The translations under genes and the position numbers were made by a program. A DNA stretch of 64,000 bases from NCBI GenBank assembly GCA_003344405.1, contig NOWV01000027.1:558001-622000 (forward strand). Direction: 5' to 3'. A model generated the notes under the pieces. It made no database searches. It worked only from the letters and a program-made list of their open reading frames with translations, and was not told where the DNA came from. Shown piece by piece: positions 26,985 through 40,242 of this stretch (position 1 is its first letter; each line of letters starts with the position of its first letter). Source of the stretch: Trichoplax sp. H2 (Eukaryota).

Positions 26985-29900
26985 CATCGTGTAAAAGTTA
27001 CAACGATCATTTCAAAAAAATTGGATCATTACTTGCATAATTTACTAAGTTTTCTGATTAATTTATAATTCATTACATATTGTAAAATGTAACCTTTCAT
27101 GCCAATTTCTTGAGTCATCCCAATAAGGTACAGCATGAAAATATATGCAGATTGAAGTGTAAAATTTAATATATTAAAGATCAAAAAAATTTATTATTAA
27201 ATCAAATTTCACAGTCTTAATTGTAAGAAACTTTTAACCAGTTATCATGCAACATCAAACATTACTTTGATATATATTATCTTCGTTTGAAGGTATAACT
27301 AAACTTTGAGCATGTACGTGTATATTTAACTAATAACAAACCGTGATAACATACTCCGTATATTGGCGTACGAAACTTTCTCGTTATTATAATAATTCAG
27401 TATGACATGTTGATAAAGTACATGTATGAATAGTATAAGAGTACTAACAATCGGGAAATAAGGAAATTCGATTAATTAATGTAGTATGATTATTCTATGA
27501 TTGTAATGTTACTCAGGATTTGCCATCTAAACCGTCTATGAAAATGTACTAGTTTAATGTATACGTATTGTGATAATGAATATGTATTAAGATACGTTGT
27601 ATAATTTTCTTGTATAGCTTTACCGTCTTGACTCAGTCGCTATATCCCTTGTAACGAATACATGATAGTAGATTAATCCCTTGCCGTGACTTCTTGTAAT
27701 CATTATTATTATAACAAATTAATTGTCACGATTGCGAAGAGATATTATTTAATAACAATCATTATTGTTGATCGTACAGACAACTAACTATTAAGTTTAA
27801 ACGATTCAATCATGTTAATAAACATTGTAATTTGCATAAGAATGGTAATTTTAATTCCGTGATCGGAAACAATTATAATTATCATTGTAGCCGTCAAGAA
27901 TCAGTAACATTGAAATAATGTTTTAAGGGGCACATTAGAATTCATGTAGTAGGACTAAAGTAGTGTAATCAAATTTTCTGTCGTCACAATTAATCAAATA
28001 ACTGACTCATTAGGTTATTGGAGGTAGTATTAATGAAATAATAGACCGCAATTATATAGCCACCGTTCTGAACTGACTAATGACGTATAGCATTTGTTGT
28101 CTATAGTCACTTTAAATAAAGTATCACGACACGGTACGGTGTCATACTTTATTCTTTTAAGTATATTCGCTTAATATTAGCAATAAAGACTTTATAACTA
28201 AATGAAGTGAAATATTAGCCAAAAAAGCTTAATATTGACAATACGTCGTCCTATGAAACTTAACAATAGATTGGATAGTTATAGTCGTAAAGATAGCTTA
28301 TTAGATAGGTTCATTCATGTATGAAGAAGCCATACTACATGTAAAGCTTCCTGGCCTTGCATGCTAACCGTTATGCTAGAAATTTTTTACAGAACAACAA
28401 AAATATATTAATAGATTAATGAGCCGTTTATTTTAGTCATGCAGAAATTGCTCTATATTATTACTCCGGCAAACCGTGTATTCTACTGTATGGTCACGCA
28501 AATCGCTCAATTTATGTTTCTAGCTAAGCTACCGTTTATTTATAGTAGCTTATAATGCAGTAATATGCTTCAAGATGCAAGGTAGCATAAATTTAAGGAG
28601 GTTAAATTAATGCTAAATTACCGCAATAGCACTACGGTTTATCGAAGTGAATTTTTCATACCAAAGTTTCTTCTTTTAGTTCCAGATAACTAGAGATAGA
28701 CGCAAGTTATCAGGTTGAATTTATCCTGAGCTAAAATTATACTCTTATACAAGTAAATGTTACAGTTTTTTAGCCTACTTTATTACATAAAGATAAAACC
28801 CTACCATGCAATCATATCATAATAACTTTGAGAAAGATCATGAACTAAAGGATAGACTAACATTTAGTTCAAAATTATTGTAGCTATTGACGGTTTTAAC
28901 CTGTAAAATGTGACTGCGTACCGTTATTGCTACGATCGATCACATAAGTATATAGAATCTATAGATGTATAGAACTTAACATCTATCTATCGCAAAAGTC
29001 ACCTCGTAATGTGAAGAAAAGTCGGGAACAATGTTGGAAACTTTATGGTAGAAATAAAAGCATGAATAGAGATAACTCGTTTGCATCTAAACTACTACTC
29101 TTGCATATAGAAGCAAGCAGATGTCAAAGTTTATGAATAGCATTGCAACCTATTTGAATATCACGATTTGATGATGTGACATTACATGTTAGCCGTAGAT
29201 GTCGCCTTAAGCGTATGAACTTTACATTGAATAAAATTGATGATACAGAATTATTTTATTATCCAATCATAGCCCACAAGTTGAGAATATCTATTGACTT
29301 GGAATTGATTAAAGTGAATCAATCTAGTTAAATATATTACAAATATGTAATTGAAATAAGACAATGATATTGATATGGCATAATAACCTGAGGTGTGGCT
29401 ACCAACTGATAAGGATAAAATTCAATAGATAGCCTGTTTTCTGATGCTAATTAATACATAACAACAGGTGCTAAGCAACAGACCGCATTTAAATAATATC
29501 CCTTTTCTTCGATTTATTGCGCACTTTTGTCAATAAATTATCATCATCTGAGATTGTTAATGCTATCTTCGACATCGTACGAAGGGACTAGGAACAATAA
29601 TACTTTAAAATCAAGCATAATTGTTACTGAATTTTATCGCTAATAACCATCTATAGGTAAGTAAGAAATTCCTTTTATAACGTTAATTTCTTATCGACTA
29701 TAATAGTTAATCTAACTTTTAGTGGTTTGTTCTCGTTTTTACCCCTTGCTAAGCAGATTAATTGATTTTTCGCCTTCATAACTACAGTTAAGTAATAAAC
29801 GCTGCATGGCATGGTAATGCTATAGTGTAGTATTATAGGGAGCGTTTTATATAACCTCTATATTGGCGTTTTTAATCACGGCTGCTTTTTTCAACTAAAC

Positions 29901-30962
29901 TCTCGCAGTATCTTGATTCGATGAATAGGCTTAGTAAAATCAAGTTAGACTTAATAAAGTAATACGAATTCTCTTTTTATACATTATAAATATCTGCACA
30001 TTGAATTTATAACCACTGCACACTGTATGATAATTTTTTAATCGACATTATAAACACTTCGTTATATGTAAGCACCGAAGTTGGTGTTTTATTACTGAAA
30101 GGTTAATTAGGATAGTTTACGGTAAGCATTCTTTACGTGCAATCATTTTTCTTTTATTTCATTCATTATTTTTCTTATTTCTTGAGTTGATTTTCTTACT
30201 TTATAATGTATTTTGCTTTGATAAGCTACCTTGAAGCTATCCATCCACGTCCGAAATGAGTAAGCACGTTTAATCAAACTTTTTCTTTTGGTAGGTTTTT
30301 TACTGCCGCAATCACGTTTATTGTATGCGTGCAGAGTGGTTGATCTTTAAACAAGCCTTTCGAACAAGCGTAACCATAAAATTAATCGACCTTATGCTGG
30401 AATTGTTTTAAGCGATCTTTTACTACTTGATATTGCGATCTCATCGCAGATAAACGATAGAAAAGCAGTTAAATTCGAAGACATTTAACAGCGCATTGCC
30501 CTATTTTAAAAAGTAAACAGCAGCGGTACTCCAGGTGATAACATTGGCTGCCCGCTGAAGTTAAGTGATACATCCTTAAGCACCAGCAAGACCAACCTTA
30601 ATCGAAATTTGGGTTGTTACTACCCTTGATCATTGCTACGGTTTTCACTTTCTTATCCTATTACTATTGCTTGACAAGGAATTGTTATAACCTAAAAGCA
30701 GTTTTCTCGGACTAAAGGAAGAATTATTTTCTTATTTTTTCGGCAGCAATCGAGTTTTTTTGCTTTCTTATTTCCTGCCAGTTCCATGAGATTTTTTAGT
30801 TTAACTGACCACTTATAATCAAGACCTTGTTCTATAAAATTTCATTTAATAAGGATTAAATTAAAAAGAGATTATTAATCTACCACCAACTATCAAGTAT
30901 AAACTTGAAATAGAGAATAAAGAAACAAGGAAGTTAGAACTCAGACAGTAAATAAGTTCAAA

Positions 30963-31742
30963 ATGGCAGATCCCATGGACGTACTGAAACAATTAGATTC
31001 TGAATATAGCGAATCAAAGAATAAACTTATAATGCAATATTTAGCCGATCAAGAAGTTGAAGCAGAACGAACATTAGATCAACGAAAATCGCAAGATGGC
31101 AATGATAAAACCAAATTAAAGAATAGAATGCAAGTAAATAATGGACTCGATGCTTCCCATAAAACTATAGAGTTACACGAGGAAAATATCATTAATAGTA
31201 ATAAAGAAAGTCCTCATCTTCCGGAATTGTCTCCGAATAAAATTAATGGCAAGCGTAAATCAATAACATCAAATAACACACCTGTAAATGGCCATAACGG
31301 AATTAACAACAGTAAAGATGAGAAGAATATCTTGCGTCAATCTAGTAGTTATCATGATCTACAGCAGTCAGTATTTTCCTATGATAATGAGCAACTTGCT
31401 TACCAGTATCATCCAACGTCGTTGTCCTATGATCGGCGCTTAAGCACCGATGGTGTTCAGCTATCACTTCATGAAAGTTTAAACCGGAAAAGAAGCAGTT
31501 TAAATGGCCTCACTAGCAGTATTATTCATAACGGAAATCACAATCCGGCGTTGGATTACTTTCAACCAACAGGTTATAGACAGCGTGAAATTACTTCACC
31601 TACTGGCAGTAACCATCAAAATTCTTCAATGCAAAATCAAGGCAGCTTAGTCCGACGACCATGTAGTGTGTATCATTTACCACCGATTAATCACGATGAT
31701 AATGCAAGTAATAATCATCAAAAAACAGTTAATTTACTGTAG
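30963..31742 (+). CDS. Hypothetical 259-aa protein, single coding exon: short N-terminal helix followed by an N/S-rich disordered region
   Basis: A 780-bp ORF in very AT-rich DNA with a good start context (aaaATGG) and plausible protein composition. No family recognised. Confidence 0.7.
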   Translation: MADPMDVLKQLDSEYSESKNKLIMQYLADQEVEAERTLDQRKSQDGNDKTKLKNRMQVNNGLDASHKTIELHEENIINSNKESPHLPELSPNKINGKRKSITSNNTPVNGHNGINNSKDEKNILRQSSSYHDLQQSVFSYDNEQLAYQYHPTSLSYDRRLSTDGVQLSLHESLNRKRSSLNGLTSSIIHNGNHNPALDYFQPTGYRQREITSPTGSNHQNSSMQNQGSLVRRPCSVYHLPPINHDDNASNNHQKTVNLL

Positions 31743-32693
31743 GTCATAATGTTTATTGAATTAAGGGTGAAGAGTAATAAAATCAAGATACTTTTCCAAA
31801 GAAATATATATTGGCAAATTATTATTAATATTTGATTTCATCATGGCTTTATGCATTACTATAAAGTACAAATCATTCTGTTGAATATCGCATGTCCATA
31901 TAAGTGATGTATGGCAGTCACGAAAGGCCATCAATAAATTCTATTAAACCAAACAATTTCGGTAATGAAAGGGATGAATGTTTAAGAAAAGATGATATTC
32001 AGTAAGAAAAGGTTGACATGGACGAAAGAGAAAATATTAATTCTATCCATTATATGATCCATTTTTTAGCTCACCTTTTGCTACCAGCCTTTTCGGTCCA
32101 ATAGCTACTAGAAGATTTCTACTTAATATGATACAGCTTAAATATCTGGTTCTAATCTAATACAGTATTTACTATGGGTAATATCATCTTGTAGATGATA
32201 TTACAGTATCCTAGTAAATTCTAATATATCTATATTAATCATATTGCATAAATTTTATACTCATCTATGGAATACTACATAATAGTAATGGCAAAATCAG
32301 CTGCATAAGGTAAAATTGCTCATTTAAGTATACCAATTGCATTAATGCTCATTCCCGAATTGAACACATACGGGTGAACTTTCATCGATCATTCCTATGG
32401 ATGCTTGTGCAATATCTAATAATGATTCGATATTGACAATGATTGTATCTATTTTCTGATTGGTTTTTTTACTTTAGCGCATGTGATGAGGCTACCAGTA
32501 TAACTAGTATACATACATAATTAGTAAAATTCCAACGTAAATCTATAACACGATAATTATAAATAATTCATTCCTAGCAATGAGCCTATTTAGGGAGATT
32601 TATTTGTAAAAGTTTGCCAAGTTTAAAACTTTATAAAGCCTGAAATGGTCTCTCATGTATCGATGAATGAGATAAATATATATCTTCATGCGT

Positions 32694-32742
32694 CTATCTA
32701 TCTATCTATCTATCTATATATATATATATATACATATATATA
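32694..32742. repeat. (TCTA)n/(TA)n microsatellite
   Basis: tctatctatctatctatctatctatatatatatatatatacatatatatat. Confidence 0.9.
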
Positions 32743-34029
32743 TTCATTAATACTTTCCTAAAAGGGTTTTGTGCGCACTATGCCATTGGTATGAGTTCTT
32801 TTTCATCCTTTTTCTACTACATACCGCATTTGTAAAGTTGGTATTTGATAAATACTGTCTTTTCTAATTATTTCGAAAATGTTGTAGCTATTTTAGCCTG
32901 ATGGTCTTGGTGATTGTACAAAAGTAGCCTTTAAGTTGAAGCATTAACAGATAGTGTTAATCGTCGATTTTAAGTATTTGATTTTACTGGAAGTAAACGA
33001 CAATTTATAAAGCTTTTAATGTAATATGAAAATCATGCTAATAATACAGTATAAAGGGAAATTTATCGTCTTAGAAATTCATTTAGTATGATCATAGTTG
33101 AGGATACGATCTTTATTTTTGAAATTCTTTCTCAAATTAATAATAATAAAAGTAAAGAAAATTTTTCTCTAGCTTTTTAGGCCATTTTGTACAGAATCAA
33201 ATAGCAGTATTGTAAATCTCCTGCCTTAGTATCTTCCGGTATTCATGCAGTAAATATCCGATGGTAGACTATGCAGTCAAGCTCGTACATTATGTCCGGG
33301 TATTTCTCATAAATAATTCACTATATAAGATTTCAATTCCTTTCGTCTATTTATTAATTACACAATGTGGTCAATTCGTTACGATTAATATTTCGTGCGA
33401 TAACTTAGACTTATCATTAAAATTATAATTACGTTGCGTTGTTAAATTATACATTAATAATTATAAGAAATCTTTATCGTACCCGAATAACATACGTGCA
33501 TGAGCCTATATCATATTTGAAAGGGTATACTGTATTGATCTTTCATTCTGCAATAGCTCTAATTATTAACTCAACTATTAAAATCACGATGGTCGTGGTA
33601 ACACGGTAGTAACCTAGAAATATTGTAGCTATCTAGGCAAAATATGAAATCATATTTCTACGCAACAGATAGTAGTACAGTAGCAAGGTAGAGATGAATA
33701 AAAGTGTGAAAAGTTTAATCTTTTTAACTTTTCATTTAATTGACACTTTGACAGACAACCTGTTTAACATGGACATCGAGCCTGGAGTTCAATTTTGATG
33801 ATGGGAAAAATAATTTATAATTATTGCGATCGCTTACTTTTCTATGCGAGTAATGTATATTTCGAATTTATTCGGAGGGTAGTTCTTCAACGCATACTGC
33901 ACGTATATACAAATAGTTTCCATTCCATATGTGTTTGTCCGCATAATCATGTGAGCATATGAATTATAAACTGACTTCAAATTATCCTATTTCAGTAACT
34001 TTATACGACCAAATTTTGCGATTTGTAAG

Positions 34030-34305
34030 TCTAGTATGCAAGGTAAGGTATTACTCATTTTTTAGTCCTAGCATTAGGATTTCTATCCTATAGTACAATC
34101 TGCAAAGTAGAGGTAATATGATGGAGTAAAATTAATATAGACTAGTTGTTGGTATCCGTCTAGATTTGTACGTCTACTGTGCAAGATAAGGTATTATGCT
34201 CCTCTTTCTTTTAGTAGTCCTCTAGTGCTAGTATTAGAATTTCTATCGTTTAGTACTTTGCAAAGTAGAGGTAAGATGATGGAGTAAAGTTAATATGGAC
34301 TAATT
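34030..34305. repeat. Diverged tandem duplication, unit about 150-160 bp
   Basis: The blocks 'gcaag(g/a)taaggtatta', 'atta g(g/a)atttctatc' and 'tgcaaagtagaggtaa(t/g)atgatggagtaaa(a/g)ttaatat(a/g)gacta' each occur twice, in the same order. Confidence 0.7.
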
Positions 34306-35189
34306 ATTAATATGAGTATACTTCTACCCGTAGCAATATATATAATTGCTGTGGTTGCCTGACGTAATCTATAACTTTGTCCATAGATAGTGTTTCCTAT
34401 TTACTCAAGATGATAATCATTGTATATATAAAAATAATGAATGTTGTAGCAATAATTTGGATAGCCTGGTTGCAGCTAGATAGTCCTTGGTAGTTCTAAG
34501 ACGAACCTGGTTGATGCAATAAAGTAAAGTTGACAAGAAACTATAGTTCTACTACTGTTAATAACTATCAATTACTTATTTTGAAGATAATCATAACGAT
34601 ACACGAGTATAGGGAAGTAGAAACTGACTTGCCTTTTGATCACTATCTCTCATACTCTAAAACTCTATCAAAAGTCCCATTTTAAACTAAAATAGGATGG
34701 ACATCAGGGACTTTTCATGATTATAGACTATATTAGAAGAGGAAATTCTCTCTTGAGAAGTCCCTAATAATGGACATTGAGGCCGTTAGTATGAAGTACG
34801 ATGGGCCCAATCTACGATCCGGCCATACTGACTCATGTAATGAGTACAGCGTAGTACAAAATTGTGTTAACGTGACTACTGTCTGCGCTTCATAGTAGCG
34901 ACTTAAGCGACCTGGTTGACTCCTAATACAGGGGTGCTAAGCCCATAGTGTTCCATAGAAGTGAGAGTGATGACAAGCTATGACCAATCAAGGGATTTTA
35001 CTGTACAATACATGAGTAAAGAAAATTAGAAACAGACTTACCTACGACCTCAATCCTCGATACTCTATCACTCCATCAAAATGCCATTCGAAAGCTAAGC
35101 CATAACCCTAATGTAGAACAACTCCTGCCAGATCGAAATTGCGCCAGATCATTTTCCATCTTAGCCTTGGACTACTATAGTATGCTGCA

Positions 35190-38100
35190 ATGGCTGCAAA
35201 AGGGACTAATCGAGATCATAAGCGTAGAAATAATGATGTCCACAATCATAAAGATGGCAAGGAAAGAAGGTTTTATCGCTTAAGTCTTAGCACTATGAAG
35301 CAGTGGGCAGATCAGCTAGGCTTTGGAGAAGTGAATGATGAAGTTGCAGCATTGCTGTCGGAAGATGCTTCCTATCGTATACGCCATCTCATTCAGGTTG
35401 AACTTTCCCCCTCTTCATATTGACCATCCTGATTGGGCTTATTTCTTTACTTAGGATACCTATCAAGTATCAAATCCATGCTGTTTATAGTGATAAATAC
35501 TGATAATGCAGTCGCTCTTAGCATGTATAGTATCATAATTAATTATCGATAAGAAAGGAGGGAATACTGTCCATGTGATTCAATTCAATTAATAGAGTGA
35601 TAGTCTATTTCTAGGATATAATGGAATTCCAAGCCGAATGGAATCCATTGAATTAACTTTATAGAAGCTTATGATATAGTCATATCATTTCAACAAGTCA
35701 TCAGCATCGTCATCAACAGGAAGATGTGCTGGATGTTAGAAGACCATTTTTGTATTAGTGATCACGCTGGGCATTCTATAACTTACAAATGCGATTCATG
35801 ATATCATGGCATCGTAAGAGTATTGCATATAGGGATACAGCAGTCGTAGTACGGTCGAGAAGTTATGAATAGAAACTGACTGGACTGCTTTGAACGATGT
35901 AGAATATATCCCTCGCCGTATAACAGCAACATTCACCATCAGAAAGGTGTACTTGATGAAACGCATCATAATCATCAAGCATGGCATTCATCTTCAAAAA
36001 TATTACCGTTATGATTGCTATTTCATAATAAAGGACTCATTATGGAGATGCTATACTGTAATATGTAGTTTACCTACTAAATGAATTATAGATAATCTCC
36101 AAATCTAATACCGACAACAAACTGAGCTATTGCAATCTCACAACGCCAAATATCACTCATCTTTTGTCTGTTGATATTATTCTAAATGAACTAAAATTTT
36201 TACTGCTTGCTATACTTGTAGAAGACAACATCAAATCTAACTATTGCAGTTGCTACCGAATTTTACAGTACAAGGTTTAAAAGTGATGATATTACGGATG
36301 ATACAGTAATTGTATAGTTAGCGTTCACTATAATATCGATAATAGCTAATTTATTTCCAGGTGAAGTAATAACGCTTTCGTTTGATCTACAGTATAAGCG
36401 ATAAAACCCATAGAATACGTTGTACGGTACAAAATATCGATGACCACCTCTTCCAATTTACTGTAGTCTTGACTGAATATATATATACAAAGTCAATTTA
36501 CTTAATACTACTGAACAATCATCTACCTACTATATATACAGTTCTGGCTTAACAAAGTGGATATACTGCACAATTATAGTACCGTTACTGATTTACTTTG
36601 CTGGTAGATGTGTAGGATATACAAAATAAATCCGTCGTGTCAAATTACAAAAATTAATATTTAGCCTTTCGTCTCTTCCCTAAAATTAGGTGGCTTCGGA
36701 AGTTATGATTCATTCTAAAAGAACGCGTATGATGACAGATGATGTCAATAAAGCTGCGAAATTATGTCGTTTAGAAGTAAATCCATACTTTGCCATTACA
36801 TTATATGTGACGTTGTTACTTTTTTAACCTAATTTTCGGGCTTGAGCATATCGAGTCTGGATCAATATCAAGTCAATTAATAATTATCTATTTATGGTCT
36901 AAAATAGAGTATTTATGGAATCAATGGAACAGAAGCCGATCAGTTTAAATGTGTCACATTTAAAGATAGTAAAATATATTATTTGGACGATAAAGAAGTG
37001 AATTTACACAATTTAATCATGAATGACGAAATACCGAATGATCCTGGCCGAACGTCTGTACGAGGTAGATATTTGATTTTAAAAATTAAGAGATAAAAGA
37101 TTGACGTAGTTTAACTAGTAACCTATTGAAAAAGTTGTTGCGTACCAAATTATATCAATACTGTTATAAGGCTATTCGTTTCTCTTTCAGCTCACTGGCT
37201 ACCCATATCTGGTTCATTAAAACAAAATAGTATTAATTGGCAACAGTTGAACACAGTACGTTAAGTGTAACTTTTTAACTGATAAAATCTTGAAACGGAA
37301 TTTTTAATACCTTAATAAAGAGTAACAATTTTAACCTTGCCATTTATTGTTGCTTTGTATACAAATTATTAGGCTAATAATACTTACCTTAAAGCAGTAT
37401 TGCAAGGCTTAAAAAGTCAAGAACCGCAACTTGTTTTGGTATTCAAGCTCATATTTTGCTCTACGATCAGTAAACGATGCAGTATTTACATCAAGTGAAA
37501 ACTTTAATACTTCTATCCATTAATTTCAGACCATCATGAATAATCTAAGAACCAATTCACACGTTACTGTTATTTTACCTTATGTACTGTACTACCTAAT
37601 TTCATCGGTAAGTTAAATTTTTGATAGAAACTTCTTTAGATTTACAGTGTAGAATAACACATAATCTCTCGTAGGCACAATCACTAATATTTGTTATTTT
37701 ATAGATAAAATCGCATACACATGTTGCTCGCTGTTTACAAAGTATACAATCAATTATTGAAAACAAATCTTTAACTCTACTCCCTTATGTAAGAAAGTTC
37801 TGGCTTATTAATAACTTAAATGTAGTAATTTAAGTAACAATTAATAGGTCGAAAATTTACAGGATTTACAACAGATTGTTCTATTTATATTATTTTGTGT
37901 TGATTAACTTTATTAATATGCTGGCTCTTTAAATAACAGCTTGTTCAATTAGTCTCCGTTTTAATGACATGTACTTTGGACGATCACCGCATGGCGAATT
38001 CATGGCATTTAAGAAATAAATCTGCAATGTTGCTAGCATTACTTGCTAGGTTTGTCAGATAAATAATCAAGTAGCTAAGACGTTGAGTTATGCAAACTAC

Positions 38101-38900
38101 TTAAGCTAATTTTATTTCAGTAATACTGCAATACTACATTGACTAAAATATCTCTATTGTATAGGGAATATAAAAAATCATCACCGAACGTATGCAATAA
38201 TATAACTAACAAATTGCGAGAGGTTCTAGCAAGCAACGACAAACCACGGTTTTCTCACTATGGAGCCATTGTAACATTGACTTATTTCGGGGGACAGGTT
38301 TAGTATTTTATGCAATTTTATTAGTATATATTGTACTATTCTAGATGCGGTTTAACAAAAAATATTAATTAAGAGCATGGATACCTTTAATCCTTTAGAT
38401 TAAGATACTGTTTACCTGAAAGAGTGAACTGATTACATACAATATCGATTTTATTAGGAATTGTGTATGACGCTACGTGCATATTTTTCGAGAAATTGGT
38501 ATGTCTTGAATGAAATGCTGGAAAATTCTGCTGTTGAACTATCTATAAAATATGATATTCTACAGGTTAAGAGCGCCTTACAGGTAATATCAATCTAACT
38601 ATATTCATCTGTTTGATTATAAAGAAATTATTACTAATAAAGTTAACATTTTCAAAATAGAACGCTGTTTGCGTCGTCATTAATGACATGGAAAAATATC
38701 TTCAAAATGAAGGAAATTTCAGTGTTGGTAATATTTATCACGAACTGTACAGCTATTGTGGAGATAGTTTAGCACCAGTAGCATCACACTCTTTAACCAA
38801 TATGGAAAGCATTTCTTCTAAAAGTCATACAAATAGAATTTTCTGTCAATCTTGGCGTGAAAAAGTAAAAAGTTTTCAACCCAAAATTTTAGGGTTATGA
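35190..38900 (+). CDS. TAF6L: TAF6-like SAGA/PCAF complex subunit, 11 exons (first 35190-35396, second 36690-36776, last 38661-38900)
   Basis: Histone fold: ERRF...EVAALLSEDASYRIRHLIQVASEVMIHSKRTRMMTDDVNKA. Also AHWL, LRTN..V..ILPY, WHLRNKSA.LLA, PRFSHYGAIVTL and ELYSYCGDSL; the last motif and the short overall length favour TAF6L over TAF6. Confidence 0.85.
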
Positions 38901-40242
38901 TGTACATGTACAGTAATTATATTGATTATACGTTTCTATTAAATTAAAGTAGGAAGGGTTCTCTTTTTCGTTGGTATATTAAGTTGTATATATTATGTAT
39001 TAAATTTCTTCCGTTGCTAGACTAAACTTCCTAATATCTGTGCTTGTTGTCACTAGTTTCAATCAATTTTACGACCTCAACATACTGAAAGGAATGCGTT
39101 AAAACAATTATAATTTTATAATTATATAATTTAATATATAATAGTTAATGTAATTTTAAAGTTTATTAATTAATATATATGTTTTATGAAATAATATGTA
39201 CAGTATATATATACAAGTATATACATATACGCGTATAACTGTTTCTACGTTTTACTCACTTCTTTCTATATACTACACCATGTAGCGTACTAGAGTACTT
39301 TGCGAATAGGTGATTTTCGTTAATGAAAGTTACAAATTTCAAATTCACTTCTATGTAATATCTGTACACAGTAGTATCAGATTAAGAAAGAACGGAAGTT
39401 TCCAGCTTTACTATTCTTTTCATTCGACACTGAAAATTGTGCTATAATTGAAATTGTTTTTCAGCTTTTCTGGTTGCTTTGTTACAATTAATAAAATTAA
39501 GGGGAAAGAACAGAAAACTGATCTTTCAAAACATTTTTGATGGATCAAACGAAGAGATGTAAGATCGGAAATACGCCCATAGTAAAGCTTAGAATACTAT
39601 TTGTAATTTAAATCTAAACTCCCAATGAAAGTATTGCAAAAATTTTAAAAGTTACGATAAAATGTTACTTAAATCGATCCTACGATTTGATACATCGACT
39701 TTTCAAAGTAGATCTAAATTCAGTATTCTATCCAAGATACTACATATGAAAGTAAAGAGGTAATCTGGTCTTGACCTGTGGATATCTTAAGAGCTTTTAC
39801 GTACAGTATATTATATTACTTTGTGATCCAGTTGAAGGTATTGAAAACATTATTTCTTGAAGAACGGACTGATCTTAATCTATGATTAATTACAAATACG
39901 GTAGTCACTAGTCACCATTAAGGTATCGGATCAGATCCGATAGCTGTGGAGTTTAACGGAATTCCAACAATTATCAACATGACATGCATGATAATACACG
40001 TATGCTGCAGTTTTATTCATTCAATACTGCACAAAAACGCTTACAAAATAATTGTTATAATATTTCGTTACATTCTTCTAATCTACCGTAATCGCATGAA
40101 TTAAGATATTTCACTTGATTTTAGCCCATATCGACTCATGTACATACAATAGAAAATTGATAATTTTCAAAAGTATTACATTATGGTCATAAATTTCGTT
40201 CATATGTTAAATGTAGAATAGCACCATGACAGGTGTACAACA

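Noticed and set aside
26982..27070. Possible stop-codon readthrough of ACOXL (TAG-C followed by an open frame)
   Set aside because: The context is weak, the extension has no recognisable signal, and it would only mask the PTS1.
34670..34770. AAAGTCCC/GGGACTTT inverted motif resembling an NF-kB site upstream of TAF6L
   Set aside because: It is short and imperfect, and cannot be distinguished from chance.
39924..39942. Short perfect palindromes (also 5262-5279 and 59345-59363)
   Set aside because: They are isolated 7-9 bp arms with no associated element or other supporting feature.
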